Shown here: positions 9,039 through 18,019 of the stretch, in pieces
Position numbering within the stretch: position 1 is the stretch's first letter
Layout of the letters: each line of letters begins with the position of its first letter
Assembly (NCBI GenBank): GCA_963758295.1
Contig: CAVWUU010000004.1
Location: 128,001-192,000 of the forward strand
DNA: 64,000 bases
Source of the DNA: Candidatus Eremiobacteria bacterium
GTDB lineage: Bacteria; Vulcanimicrobiota; Vulcanimicrobiia; Vulcanimicrobiales; Vulcanimicrobiaceae
Direction of reading: 5' to 3'
Program-made: the position numbers and the translations under genes
Notes under the pieces: generated by a model
Seen by the model: the letters and a program-made list of their open reading frames with translations, nothing else
The model's database searches: none
What the model was told of the DNA's origin: nothing

Positions 9039-9734
9039 ATGAAAATTGGGCTCATCGGAGCAGGTAATATCGGCTCGGCGTTAGCGCGGCGGTTTCGCGC
9101 CGCCGGCCACGACGTTGCCATTGCAAACTCTCGGGGGCCGGAAACGCTGCGCGAGCTTGCCGATGAAACCGGCGCGAAAGCCGTTACGCTGCACGATGCT
9201 GCCCGAGGCCGGGACGTCGTCGTCGTTACCATTCCGGAAAAGCACATCTTGCAGCTCCCCAAAGATTTGTTCGACGGCGTTTCTCAAGACGTCGTCGTCG
9301 TCGATACAGGCAATTACTATCCCCGTCAGCGTGACGGACGCATCGAAGAGATCGAGAACGGCACCGTAGAGAGCGTGTGGGTTTCGCAGCAGATCGGACG
9401 CCCCGTGATCAAGGCGTTCAACAACATCTATGCTGAACACTTACAAAATCTCGGGAAGCCGAAAGGCGCCGATGGACGTATCGCACTTCCGGTTGCCGGT
9501 GACGATCCAAAGGCGAAAGCCCTCGTTATGGGCCTCATCGACGAAATCGGTTTCGATCCGATCGACGCCGGAATGCTTGCGGATTCCTGGCGCCAACAAC
9601 CGGGGTCTCCGGTATACACGCACGACTACAATGCCGACGGAGTTCGCCGCGCGCTTTCTCAGGCAACACCCGAGCGCACGCCGGAGTTCACCGGTTCAAC
9701 AAACAGTCCGGGCACTTTCGAATCGCCGGCATAG
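9039..9734 (+). CDS. NADP oxidoreductase, F420-dependent NADP reductase-like family
   Basis: GAGNIG Rossmann motif, ANSRGPETL, DTGNYYP, KAFNNI, VAGDD, DAG.LADSWRQQPG. Confidence 0.88.
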   Translation: MKIGLIGAGNIGSALARRFRAAGHDVAIANSRGPETLRELADETGAKAVTLHDAARGRDVVVVTIPEKHILQLPKDLFDGVSQDVVVVDTGNYYPRQRDGRIEEIENGTVESVWVSQQIGRPVIKAFNNIYAEHLQNLGKPKGADGRIALPVAGDDPKAKALVMGLIDEIGFDPIDAGMLADSWRQQPGSPVYTHDYNADGVRRALSQATPERTPEFTGSTNSPGTFESPA

Positions 9735-9762
9735 CATCGCTGCGTTCGAGCATTGTAGCGCC

Positions 9763-9800
9763 AAAATAAACAGCCCCGCAGTTAACGCAGGGCTGTTTTG
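9763..9800. terminator. Bidirectional intrinsic terminator
   Basis: AAAATAAACAGCCC...GGGCTGTTTT between the convergent oxidoreductase and tRNA-Ile. Confidence 0.7.
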
Positions 9801-9803
9801 AAT

Positions 9804-9880
9804 TGGTGGGCCATCCTGGGATCGAACCAGGGACCTCATGCTTATCAAGCATGCGCTCTAACCAGCTGAGCTAATGGCCC
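9804..9880 (-). tRNA. tRNA-Ile (GAT), CCA encoded
   Basis: The minus strand reads GGGCCATTAGCTCAGCTGGTTAGAGC...TTGATAA...GGTTCGATCCC...ATGGCCCACCA; extended -10 TGCTATACT upstream. Confidence 0.97.
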
Positions 9881-9945
9881 GGACAAATCAGAAGTATAGC
9901 ATAGAGCGCAAGACCCCTTTTTTGTCGCAGCTATTGCCGAAACGG

Positions 9946-10197
9946 TTAGATGAGCTCGATGAATTTCTTGCAGATTTCATCCTCGTCTTTTAGGCGCGCA
10001 AGCATAAGCTGTTCCAGTGCCTGGCGCTCGCGCTCGAGTTCGGCTTGCTGTTCCATCTCCAGATCGAAGACTTGCCGTTGGGCGGCCAGTGCCGCTTCTT
10101 GAGTTTGCGTTCCGGCGTCGTGGTCGGGGACCGGCGCGGCAGGCTTTCCCTGGGGCGCACGCGGTGGGCGAGCGGCGGGTGAAGGGGCGGCGATCAT
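9946..10197 (-). CDS. Small hypothetical protein, Pro-rich N-terminus and helical C-terminus (paralog of 10194-10520)
   Basis: ATGA-coupled to the upstream gene; C-terminal 44 aa are 22/44 identical to it, ungapped. Confidence 0.75.
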   Translation of the reverse strand: MIAAPSPAARPPRAPQGKPAAPVPDHDAGTQTQEAALAAQRQVFDLEMEQQAELERERQALEQLMLARLKDEDEICKKFIELI

Positions 10198-10520
10198 TCA
10201 CCGATGCTTTCGATAAATTTCTTGGTGATGCCGTCGTCTGCTTTGCGTTGCGCCATCTGCGCATCGCGCAGCGTATTGATCTCGCGCATGTTCTCGGCTT
10301 GTTGATTCATCGCTTCGTCGAAGACGGTCGACTGAAGATCGAGCTGCTGCTGACTCATCATTTCTTGCGCCATCAGGCCGGTTTGAAAGGCGTTGTTCTC
10401 GCCGAGCATGCCGGTGAGTGCGCCGTTACTGCCGCCGAGGATCGCGTTGGCGCCGCCGCTAACCAGGCCGCCGATGACGGCGGGTGCCGCCGCTTCTAGG
10501 ATCGGGGCGAGAAAAGCCAT
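10194..10520 (-). CDS. Small hypothetical protein, Gly/Ala-rich N-terminus and Gln/Met-rich helical C-terminus
   Basis: Strong AAGGAG RBS; shares VFD..M.QQAE..RE...L.....A..K..D.I.KKFIE.I with its neighbour. Confidence 0.82.
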   Translation of the reverse strand: MAFLAPILEAAAPAVIGGLVSGGANAILGGSNGALTGMLGENNAFQTGLMAQEMMSQQQLDLQSTVFDEAMNQQAENMREINTLRDAQMAQRKADDGITKKFIESIGE

Positions 10521-10581
10521 GACGTGGTTCTCCTTAGAAAAATGAAACGTGCGAGTCGATCACGCGCTTAGGTGCGCGCGG

Positions 10582-11238
10582 CTAGGGCTGGTCGCCGTCG
10601 ATATAGGCGCCGATGTCGTTTTGGGATTGCGAGTGGCCGGTTGAGTCGATGCCATTAGGGGGATGCCACGAGCAAGCGCCCGCGGCCGGCATCGATGGCA
10701 GTCCGGCACCGCTCTGAAGCAGCTGCGCGAGGGAAGTGAGGCCGTTTACGTTGCCCGCGGTTTCGGCTTGATCGGCACGGGCGTCTTCGGTGTGGCCGGT
10801 GATTTGCGCGTAGTGACGGAGGACCGAGTCAGCGTAACCTAGCGTCTGTCCGTCGCCCCAGGTCGTCCGAGTACCCGTTGCCCCCGGGCTGCCGGCATTA
10901 TAAGCGGAAAGCGCTCTACGGGCATCGCCGCCGTAGCGACTCAGAAGTCCCGAGAGCATCCCCGCGGCATAATCCGCGTTCTTGGCCGGGTCCATGGCAG
11001 CGGGCGAGCGAGCGAAATCGTGCCAACGGTCGTCAATTTGGAACAGCCCGCGGCCGTGCCCGCCGTCACCAACGATATTTGCGCCGCCGTTGCGGCCCGG
11101 GCCGCCGGTTTCCTGAGCGGCTACGGCGGCCAAGAGCGACGGGTCGAGCCCATGGCGCTGCGCGGCCGAAACGATCTGCGGCGCATAGTTTACACCTGAA
11201 CCCGTCAGGCGTTCGGTAAGGGAGCTTCCGACGTTCAT
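10582..11238 (-). CDS. Transglycosylase SLT / g-type lysozyme-like (GH23) protein
   Basis: HGLDPSLLAAVAAQET (catalytic Glu), GDGGHGRGLFQIDDRWH, ALSAYNAG. Start placed at MNVGSS (11238). Confidence 0.85.
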   Translation of the reverse strand: MNVGSSLTERLTGSGVNYAPQIVSAAQRHGLDPSLLAAVAAQETGGPGRNGGANIVGDGGHGRGLFQIDDRWHDFARSPAAMDPAKNADYAAGMLSGLLSRYGGDARRALSAYNAGSPGATGTRTTWGDGQTLGYADSVLRHYAQITGHTEDARADQAETAGNVNGLTSLAQLLQSGAGLPSMPAAGACSWHPPNGIDSTGHSQSQNDIGAYIDGDQP

Positions 11239-11362
11239 CGCTTCGGCAATCCCACCGCCTAGGCGTTTGACAAGGGACGGTCCTGGCTCTACAATTCCAC
11301 AAGTCGTTTTGTGGGGGCTCCGCCGCCTAGGTGGGGCCCTCATCCTGCGATAAAGCACCGTC

Positions 11363-11869
11363 ATGACGCGTTCGCACAAGGTCGATATCAGTGGGTTGAT
11401 CGCCGGCGGCAGGCAAGTACTGCTGGTCGACGACCAGGTGCCCATCGAAAACTTCGAAGGCCTCGAGTTCCCGAAGCCGGCCAAAGTGCATCTCGAAATG
11501 CGGTACGTCGATCGACTGCTTCATATAGAAGGTGAGATCGACGCATCGCTGCGTGGCGAGTGCGATACGTGCTTGGAGACTTTCGATCGCGACGCGCACG
11601 TAGACGTCGACGAGCGACTGGATCCAAACGCCGATAAGGATGAAGATCCCTTCGGCGAAGGCAACGTGCTGACGGGCGACCGTCTCGACGTCGCCGATCT
11701 TGCACAGCAATTACTGCTGAGCGAACTTCCGATGGGGTTCCGCTGCAGCGAAGACTGTAAGGGCCTTTGCGGCGCTTGCGGAACGAATTTGAACGCGGGC
11801 ACATGCTCGTGCTCGCGTAATAACGGAGAGTCTAGTGGCAAACCTGAAGTGGAAGACGCCGCGCAGTAA
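11363..11869 (+). CDS. DUF177 / YceD family protein
   Basis: ECDTCL and CSEDCKGLCGACGTNLN...C.C motifs; directly upstream of rpmF. Confidence 0.9.
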   Translation: MTRSHKVDISGLIAGGRQVLLVDDQVPIENFEGLEFPKPAKVHLEMRYVDRLLHIEGEIDASLRGECDTCLETFDRDAHVDVDERLDPNADKDEDPFGEGNVLTGDRLDVADLAQQLLLSELPMGFRCSEDCKGLCGACGTNLNAGTCSCSRNNGESSGKPEVEDAAQ

Positions 11870-12041
11870 AACGCGCAGCCGTCGTGCGGCAAACTGGAAG
11901 TTGAACCCGGTCACGACCGTGGAGTGCAACCAGTGTCATCAGCCGAAGCGCCCGCATTTTGCGTGCGGTTTCTGCGGAACCTATGACGGCCGTCAGGTCG
12001 TCGAGATCCGCGACGAACACGCCGGTCACGATCACGATTAA
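11835..12041 (+). CDS. rpmF: 50S ribosomal protein L32 (zinc-ribbon form)
   Basis: GTG start with GGAG RBS; KTRSRRA, CNQC..PKRPHFACGFCGTYDGRQV. Confidence 0.93.
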   Translation: MANLKWKTPRSKTRSRRAANWKLNPVTTVECNQCHQPKRPHFACGFCGTYDGRQVVEIRDEHAGHDHD

Positions 12042-12044
12042 ACG

Positions 12045-13022
12045 TTGACCGGAGTCAGGGTCGCCGGCGCCGGGCACTTTGCGCCCGAGCGGGTTGTTAC
12101 CAACCACGATTTCGAGCAGTGGCTCGATACGTCCGACGAATGGATAACGAGTCGAACCGGGATGCAACGCCGTCACTGGTCTTCCGATGCGGAAGCAACC
12201 AGTGATTTGGCATTGGCGGCCGCACGCATGGCGCTCGATCATGCGCAGCTCTCGCCACAAGACATCGACGCGTTCATCGTCTGTACCGTCACCCCCGACT
12301 TTCCATTCCCCGCTACGGCATGCATCGTTGCAGCCGCGCTGAATGCTAAAGATAAGGCCGCCTTCGATCTCGAGATCGCTTGTAGCGGCTTTATTTATGG
12401 CCTTACCGTCGCATCCGCGCTCGTGCGCTCGGGCGTCTATCGCCGCATCATGCTGATCGGCGCAGAGACGCTCTCGAAGATCGTCAATCGAGAAGACCGC
12501 AGCACCGCGGTGCTCTTCGGCGACGGCGCAGGCGCGGTGATCCTCGAAGCCTCAGCGGAAGATTCGTTCTTGGCATCCGAGCTGGGCGCCGACGGCAGCC
12601 GTCCGGAACTCTTGCTCGTCGAAGCCGGCGGATCGCGCCGCCCTGTGGATGCGCATGCAATCGACACAAAAGCGAATCTCATTCACATGGAAGGCCGCGA
12701 GGTCTTCAAGTTCGCCGTTACCAAAATGATCGACGCAACGGATCGGGCGCTGGCGAAAGCCGGCATGACGAAAGCTGACGCCGATGTGTTGATTCCGCAC
12801 CAGGCGAACAAACGCATCATCGACGCGGCCATGAAGTATCTGGAGATGCCGCACGAAAAGTGCATCGTGAACATTCAGGAGTACGGCAACACGTCGGCGG
12901 CATCGATTCCGATTGCGTTGTCCGAAGCCGTGCACGATGGGCGCGTGAAACGCGGCGACACCATTGTTTTCGTAGGCTTTGGCGGCGGCCTTTCGTGGGG
13001 CGCCGTGGTTTGGAAGTGGTAA
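12045..13022 (+). CDS. fabH: 3-oxoacyl-ACP synthase III
   Basis: DTSDEWI..RTG, ACSGF, FGDGAGA, PHQAN, YGNTSAAS, GFGGGLSWG. Confidence 0.96.
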   Translation: MTGVRVAGAGHFAPERVVTNHDFEQWLDTSDEWITSRTGMQRRHWSSDAEATSDLALAAARMALDHAQLSPQDIDAFIVCTVTPDFPFPATACIVAAALNAKDKAAFDLEIACSGFIYGLTVASALVRSGVYRRIMLIGAETLSKIVNREDRSTAVLFGDGAGAVILEASAEDSFLASELGADGSRPELLLVEAGGSRRPVDAHAIDTKANLIHMEGREVFKFAVTKMIDATDRALAKAGMTKADADVLIPHQANKRIIDAAMKYLEMPHEKCIVNIQEYGNTSAASIPIALSEAVHDGRVKRGDTIVFVGFGGGLSWGAVVWKW

Positions 13023-13023
13023 C

Positions 13024-13959
13024 ATGCGTGCTGGCGTAGTTTTTCCCGGACAGGGATCGCAAACGGTTGGAATGGGCGTAGACGTCGCGGCGAACTCGCC
13101 CGAGGCGCGCGCGCTGTTCGAAAAGGCGGAAGCGATTCTCGGTTACGATCTGCTCGCATTGCAGCAGAACGGCCCCGAAGAGAGACTTCGTGAAACGCAG
13201 TACAGCCAGCCCGCAATCTTCGTTACGAACGTCGCGCTGTACGCAGCGGCGGCCGATTTCGCCACGCAAGTCGTGGCGAGCGCAGGCCATTCGTTTGCGG
13301 AGTTTTGCAGCTTGTATGCCGCCGGTTCGCTTTCGTTCGAAGATGCGCTCGAAGTTGTGAACGAGCGCGGAAAGGCGATGCAGTACGCGGCCGAAATGGG
13401 CCCCGGCGGCATGTCTGCGGTGCTGGGCCTTGATGCGCAGAAGATTCGCGACGTCGTCGAATTGACGCGTCAAACGACCGGCAAACGCGTGCAGCTCGCA
13501 AACTTCAACTCGCCGACGCAAATCGTCATTAGCGGCGATCTCGACGCGGTAGCAACCGCGGGCGATGCAATGCTTGCCGCCGGTGCCAAGCGCGTCGTGC
13601 CGTTGAATGTTTCGGGCGCCTGGCACAGCGCTTTGATGGAACCGGCGCTCGAGCGTTTCGCGGCAGCGGTCGCGAAGGCGACGTTCACGATGCCGAAGTT
13701 CGACGTGATTTCCAATGTCGATGCGCAGCCGTATCGCGACGTGGAAACTATCAAGAAAAACCTCATCGCTTCGATTACCGACGAAGTTCGCTGGCACGAA
13801 ACCGCCGAGCGTTTGTTGCAATACGAACTGGATCTCGTCGTGGAATTCGGCGCAAGCGGCGTGCTTGGACCTTTGATGAAGCGCATGCCCAATGCCCCCG
13901 ACGCCAAAGTCGTCTCCGACTTCGCGGGCGTGCAAAAGCTGGCGGGAGTCAAAGCATGA
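13024..13959 (+). CDS. fabD: Malonyl-CoA:ACP transacylase
   Basis: FPGQGSQ..GMG, QPAI, GHSF, ANFNSP.Q.VISG, VSGAWHS.LM. ATG at 13024. Confidence 0.95.
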   Translation: MRAGVVFPGQGSQTVGMGVDVAANSPEARALFEKAEAILGYDLLALQQNGPEERLRETQYSQPAIFVTNVALYAAAADFATQVVASAGHSFAEFCSLYAAGSLSFEDALEVVNERGKAMQYAAEMGPGGMSAVLGLDAQKIRDVVELTRQTTGKRVQLANFNSPTQIVISGDLDAVATAGDAMLAAGAKRVVPLNVSGAWHSALMEPALERFAAAVAKATFTMPKFDVISNVDAQPYRDVETIKKNLIASITDEVRWHETAERLLQYELDLVVEFGASGVLGPLMKRMPNAPDAKVVSDFAGVQKLAGVKA

Positions 13960-14702
13960 ATTTCGGCGGAAAAGTAGCGCTGATTACGGGCGCGAGCCGC
14001 GGAATCGGCCGCGCGATCGCGGTCGACATGTGCAAAGGCGGCGCCGACGTTGTACTGGTCGGCCGCGACCGCGCTTCGCTCGATGACACCGCTGAGGCAT
14101 GTGCGGGGGCGCGTCCGGGCGCAGTGGCGCACGTCATCACTGCAGACGTAAGCGATCAAGCCGCGATGGAAGCTACCGTCAACGAGACGCTCGAGCGGTT
14201 CGGACGTGTGGACTTCGCGATCGCGAACGCGGGACAGTCCATCGATTCGCTGCTGATGCGTTTGAAGCCCGACGTCCTAGAGCAGATGCTCAACGTGAAC
14301 TTAAAGTCGGCGTTTTATCTTTGTGGTGCGGTCACGAAGCCGATGATGAAACAGCGGGCCGGGGCGATCGTCCTCGTCAGCAGCATCGTCGGGCTCACCG
14401 GCAATGCCGGTCAGGCCGCATACGCCGCCTCAAAAGCCGGCCTCCTTGCACTCGCTAAGTCGGTTGCAAAGGAGTTGGGTTCGAGGAATATAAGAGTCAA
14501 CGCCGTCGCGCCGGGTCTAATCGAAACGGCGATGACCGAAAAAATGCCCGACGCCGCCAAGGAAGCCCTCATGAAGCAAGCCGCGCTCGGCCGAGCCGGC
14601 CGGCCGGAGGACGTTAGCGGAGTCGTTGCATTCCTCTGTTCAGAAGCAGCTGCCTATGTGACCGGACAAACAATCGTGGTCGACGGCGGCGTGTTAATGT
14701 GA
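13956..14702 (+). CDS. fabG: 3-oxoacyl-ACP reductase
   Basis: [32 protein letters not shown]; fab operon context. Confidence 0.93.
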   Translation: MNFGGKVALITGASRGIGRAIAVDMCKGGADVVLVGRDRASLDDTAEACAGARPGAVAHVITADVSDQAAMEATVNETLERFGRVDFAIANAGQSIDSLLMRLKPDVLEQMLNVNLKSAFYLCGAVTKPMMKQRAGAIVLVSSIVGLTGNAGQAAYAASKAGLLALAKSVAKELGSRNIRVNAVAPGLIETAMTEKMPDAAKEALMKQAALGRAGRPEDVSGVVAFLCSEAAAYVTGQTIVVDGGVLM

Positions 14703-14745
14703 TCCGTAAGTATCCCGCCATAACTATTCATTATAAGGAGCTGTA

Positions 14746-14985
14746 ATGTCCACGTTCGACAAAGTCAAGAAGATCATCGTCGAGCAGCTCGGCGTTGACG
14801 AATCCGAAGTCACGCCTGAAGCTTCCATCACCGATGATCTCGGTGCCGATTCGCTCGATCAGGTCGAGTTGGTCATGGCATTCGAGACGGAGTTCAACAT
14901 CGACATTCCGGATGAAGAGGCGGAAAAAATCAAGACCGTCGGCGATGCGGTGAACCGCATAGATTCCGCTACCGCAGGAGCATAA
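14746..14985 (+). CDS. acpP: Acyl carrier protein
   Basis: [25 protein letters not shown]. Confidence 0.97.
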   Translation: MSTFDKVKKIIVEQLGVDESEVTPEASITDDLGADSLDQVELVMAFETEFNIDIPDEEAEKIKTVGDAVNRIDSATAGA

Positions 14986-14997
14986 ACCCGCCACCTC

Positions 14998-16332
14998 ATG
15001 TTCGATCAACTCAGCGACCGGTTAGGCGCGATATTCTCGCGTCTGACCGGACGCGGGAAACTCACCGAAAGCGATATTAACGAAGCGTTGCGCGAAGTGC
15101 GCATCGCTTTGCTTGAGGCTGACGTTTCGCTCTCCGCCGCGAAGGCGTTCGTAGCACGGGTCAAGGAAAAAGCACTCGGAGCGGACGTACTCGAGTCGCT
15201 GACGCCGGCACAAACGATCGTCAAGATCGTTCACGACGAGTTGGTCGAAATGCTGGGCGGTGCGCAAGCGCGCCTGCAGTTCTCCGATGCGCCGCCGTCG
15301 ATCATCATGCTGGTCGGCTTGCAGGGCTCGGGTAAAACGACGCAAGCCGGGAAACTGGCCCTGCGTCTAAAAGAACAGGGACGCCGCACGCTGCTCGTCG
15401 CGGCCGACGTCTATCGTCCGGCCGCTATCGCGCAGCTGCAAACGCTCGGAAAACAGATCGATCTGCCGGTCTTCGAACAAGGCCAAGGCGATCCGGTGAA
15501 GATAGCACGCGACGGCGTTGCGGAGGCCAAACGGCTGGGACTCTCCACCGTTATCATCGATACGGCAGGCCGGCTGCAAATCGACGATGCATTGATGGCG
15601 GAACTCGAGCGCATCAAGGCCACCGTCAATCCGAAAGAAATCATTTTCGTTGCCGACGCGATGACGGGTCAAGAAGCCACGAACGTCGCCAAGGGCTTCA
15701 ACGATCGCCTGGGTATCACGGGCGTCATTCTTACGAAGATGGATGGCGATACGCGCGGCGGCGCGGCGCTTTCGATCTTCGATGTCACCGGCGCGCCGAT
15801 CAAGTTCATCGGCGTCGGTGAAAAGCTCTCAGCGCTCGAACCGTTTTATCCCGACCGGTTGGCATCGCGTATCCTCGGCATGGGCGACGTGCTCACGCTT
15901 ATCGAGAAGACGCAGACGCTCTACTCGGAAGATCAAGCGAAGAAGCTCGAGCAAAAGCTGCGGAAGAACAGCTTCACGCTGGACGATTTTCTCGAGCAAA
16001 TGCGCCAGATGAAGAAGCTTGGCTCGATGACCGACATTCTCAAGATGATTCCGGGCGTGTCGCGAGCGCTTCCTAAAGACTTTGAGATTCCCGAAGCGGA
16101 TCTCAAGCGTGTCGAAGCAATCATTTGCTCGATGACGCGAAACGAACGCCGGAATCCCACGATTCTCAACGGCTCGCGCCGCAAACGAATCGCGATCGGA
16201 TCCGGCACGCAAGTTTCCGACGTCAACAAGCTGATCAAAAACTTCGAAGGCGCGCAGAAAATGATGAAACAGCTCGGCGGCAGCATGAAAGGCGGAAAAC
16301 GCCCTCGCTTACCCGCCGGAATGTTCAAATAG
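14998..16332 (+). CDS. ffh: Signal recognition particle protein Ffh
   Basis: ALLEADV, GLQGSGKTT, DTAGR, TKMDGD.RGG, RILGMGD, SRRKRIA.GSG. Confidence 0.97.
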   Translation: MFDQLSDRLGAIFSRLTGRGKLTESDINEALREVRIALLEADVSLSAAKAFVARVKEKALGADVLESLTPAQTIVKIVHDELVEMLGGAQARLQFSDAPPSIIMLVGLQGSGKTTQAGKLALRLKEQGRRTLLVAADVYRPAAIAQLQTLGKQIDLPVFEQGQGDPVKIARDGVAEAKRLGLSTVIIDTAGRLQIDDALMAELERIKATVNPKEIIFVADAMTGQEATNVAKGFNDRLGITGVILTKMDGDTRGGAALSIFDVTGAPIKFIGVGEKLSALEPFYPDRLASRILGMGDVLTLIEKTQTLYSEDQAKKLEQKLRKNSFTLDDFLEQMRQMKKLGSMTDILKMIPGVSRALPKDFEIPEADLKRVEAIICSMTRNERRNPTILNGSRRKRIAIGSGTQVSDVNKLIKNFEGAQKMMKQLGGSMKGGKRPRLPAGMFK

Positions 16333-16462
16333 CCGTCATGATGACAAAAATAAAGAATTCGGTTTGGTGGAAAGCGGAAACCGCCATAAACCGTAGCTCT
16401 CTAGCCAGTCGCGTGCTTTAATCGCGTCTTTTCGCAAAGAACGGAAGACAAGTAAGAACACC

Positions 16463-16756
16463 ATGGTCAAGATCAGACTGCGCCGCATGGGCGCTAAGAA
16501 ACAACCGACGTATCGTTTCGTAGTTGCGGACTCGCGTTCGCCGCGCGACGGACGCTTCATCGAAATCCTGGGCCACTACAACCCGCGTACGGAACCGAAA
16601 ACGCTGGAAGTGGACGCCGAGAAAGCCAAAGAATGGCTGGCCAAAGGCGCGCAGCCCACGTCCACCGTGCAACGTCTCTTCGCCGAGAAGGGCATCATGG
16701 ACCGCGGTCCCATTCCGACGCATAAGCGGAAGCCCAAAAACGAAGGCGCCGCATAA
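16463..16756 (+). CDS. rpsP: 30S ribosomal protein S16
   Basis: [37 protein letters not shown]. Confidence 0.98.
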   Translation: MVKIRLRRMGAKKQPTYRFVVADSRSPRDGRFIEILGHYNPRTEPKTLEVDAEKAKEWLAKGAQPTSTVQRLFAEKGIMDRGPIPTHKRKPKNEGAA

Positions 16757-17292
16757 TGAGTTCGTTCGATGACGAATTCGGTCTCTTCGGCGAAGACGTC
16801 GATGAGGCCGAGCGTCGTTCGACGCTCGGAAAGCGAGTAATCGCTTCCAATGAAACGATCATCAACGACATCGAGCCCGAAGAAGAGCGGCCCGCTCGCA
16901 CGCAGCGCCCGCCTCGCAGCGGCGGTTACGACCGCGGCGGCAAAGCCGGAGGACGCCGTGAGTACGGCAACCGCGACCGCGACCGCAAGCCGGCCGATCC
17001 GTGGGCGTCGATGCGCCGTGCTACCGATTTGCTCGGTTTTCTCGCGAAGAAACTCGTGCAGAAGCCCGATGATGCATCGGTAGAACTTTTCACGGACGAA
17101 GAGGGCAAGCCGGTTATCGAGCTCGTCGTCGATCATGAAGATCTCGGCAAAGTCATCGGACGGAACGGCCGCGTCGCGCAAGCGTTGCGGACCATTGTTC
17201 GCGCCGCTGCCGAGGGACGCGTTTCGGTCGACATTCTCGATAAAGAAGAAGCCGAATCGACCGACGAGGAACAAGAAGACGCAGAAGAGTGA
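16756..17292 (+). CDS. khpA: KH-domain RNA-binding protein KhpA with long N-terminal extension
   Basis: DLGKVIGRNGRVAQALRTIV KH motif; located between rpsP and rimM. Confidence 0.88.
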   Translation: MSSFDDEFGLFGEDVDEAERRSTLGKRVIASNETIINDIEPEEERPARTQRPPRSGGYDRGGKAGGRREYGNRDRDRKPADPWASMRRATDLLGFLAKKLVQKPDDASVELFTDEEGKPVIELVVDHEDLGKVIGRNGRVAQALRTIVRAAAEGRVSVDILDKEEAESTDEEQEDAEE

Positions 17293-17293
17293 G

Positions 17294-17791
17294 TTGCCCG
17301 TAGGCCGGATATCCGGCATCTTCGGCATTCGCGGTGAACTGAAGTGCGACCCGACCGGTGCGGGTCGCGCCGTCTTTTCCGTTGGCGCGGACCTGCGCTG
17401 CGAACTCGACGGCAGTTCGCAGACGGTGTGCATTCGCACGTTGCGCGAACACAAAGGCCGCTTCCTGATTACACTCGACGGCGTGAACGATGCAACCGCC
17501 GCAGAGGCGTATGCCGGATCGACGCTTTATGCCGAACGGGACCGCATCGAACTCGAGCCGGGCGAATACTTCGACGTCGATCTCGTCGGCTGCATCGTTC
17601 GTAGCGTCGACGGGCGCGAATACGGCCCCGTGCAACGCGTCGACCACTATCCGGCAAGCGACATGCTCGTTGTCGGCGGCCGCATGCTGCCGATGGTGCA
17701 GGCGTTCATTCGCTCCATCGACATGGACGCCAAATCCATCACCGTCGAGCTCCCTCGCGGCTTACTGGACGACGACTCCGAGACCGCTTGA
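17294..17791 (+). CDS. rimM: Ribosome maturation factor RimM
   Basis: VGRISGIFGIRGELK, LEPGEYFDVDLVGC.V, LPMVQAFI..ID....I.V.LP.GLLD. TTG start at 17294 is approximate. Confidence 0.92.
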   Translation: MPVGRISGIFGIRGELKCDPTGAGRAVFSVGADLRCELDGSSQTVCIRTLREHKGRFLITLDGVNDATAAEAYAGSTLYAERDRIELEPGEYFDVDLVGCIVRSVDGREYGPVQRVDHYPASDMLVVGGRMLPMVQAFIRSIDMDAKSITVELPRGLLDDDSETA

Positions 17792-18019
17792 ACGACGACG
17801 TAACGAGCTTGGGTCGACGAAACGTTCATTCGTGGTGGACCAGCCATGTTGGTTTTCACGCGCTCCGCGATAGCGTCTCTCGAAAAAGAGACTCGCTAGG
17901 ATAACAACGCCCCACAAAGCGATACATATCGACGCCGGCCAAGCCGAAGTGTTTGCAACGGCGTTCCAAAGCGCAGCAACCAAAGCCACGGCAAAAAGAA
18001 CAACCGCGATTCGAATCAT
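17762..18019 (-). CDS. Small membrane protein
   Basis: Two hydrophobic helices followed by FERRY and TNERFVDPS; overlaps the ybjQ-like stop. Confidence 0.6.
   Translation of the reverse strand: MIRIAVVLFAVALVAALWNAVANTSAWPASICIALWGVVILASLFFERRYRGARENQHGWSTTNERFVDPSSLRRRSSGLGVVVQ

Noticed and set aside
6661..9804. tRNA-anchored integrated element between tRNA-Ala and tRNA-Ile
   Set aside because: No integrase and no duplicated tRNA 3' end (att) was seen by eye.
10582..11238. Prophage remnant around the SLT gene
   Set aside because: No capsid, tail, holin, terminase or integrase genes are nearby; the flanks are core genes.
12817..13935. Long antisense ORFs (e.g. 12817-13935, 58568-59497, 60630-61409)
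   Set aside because: These are shadow ORFs typical of high-GC coding regions opposite well-supported genes.
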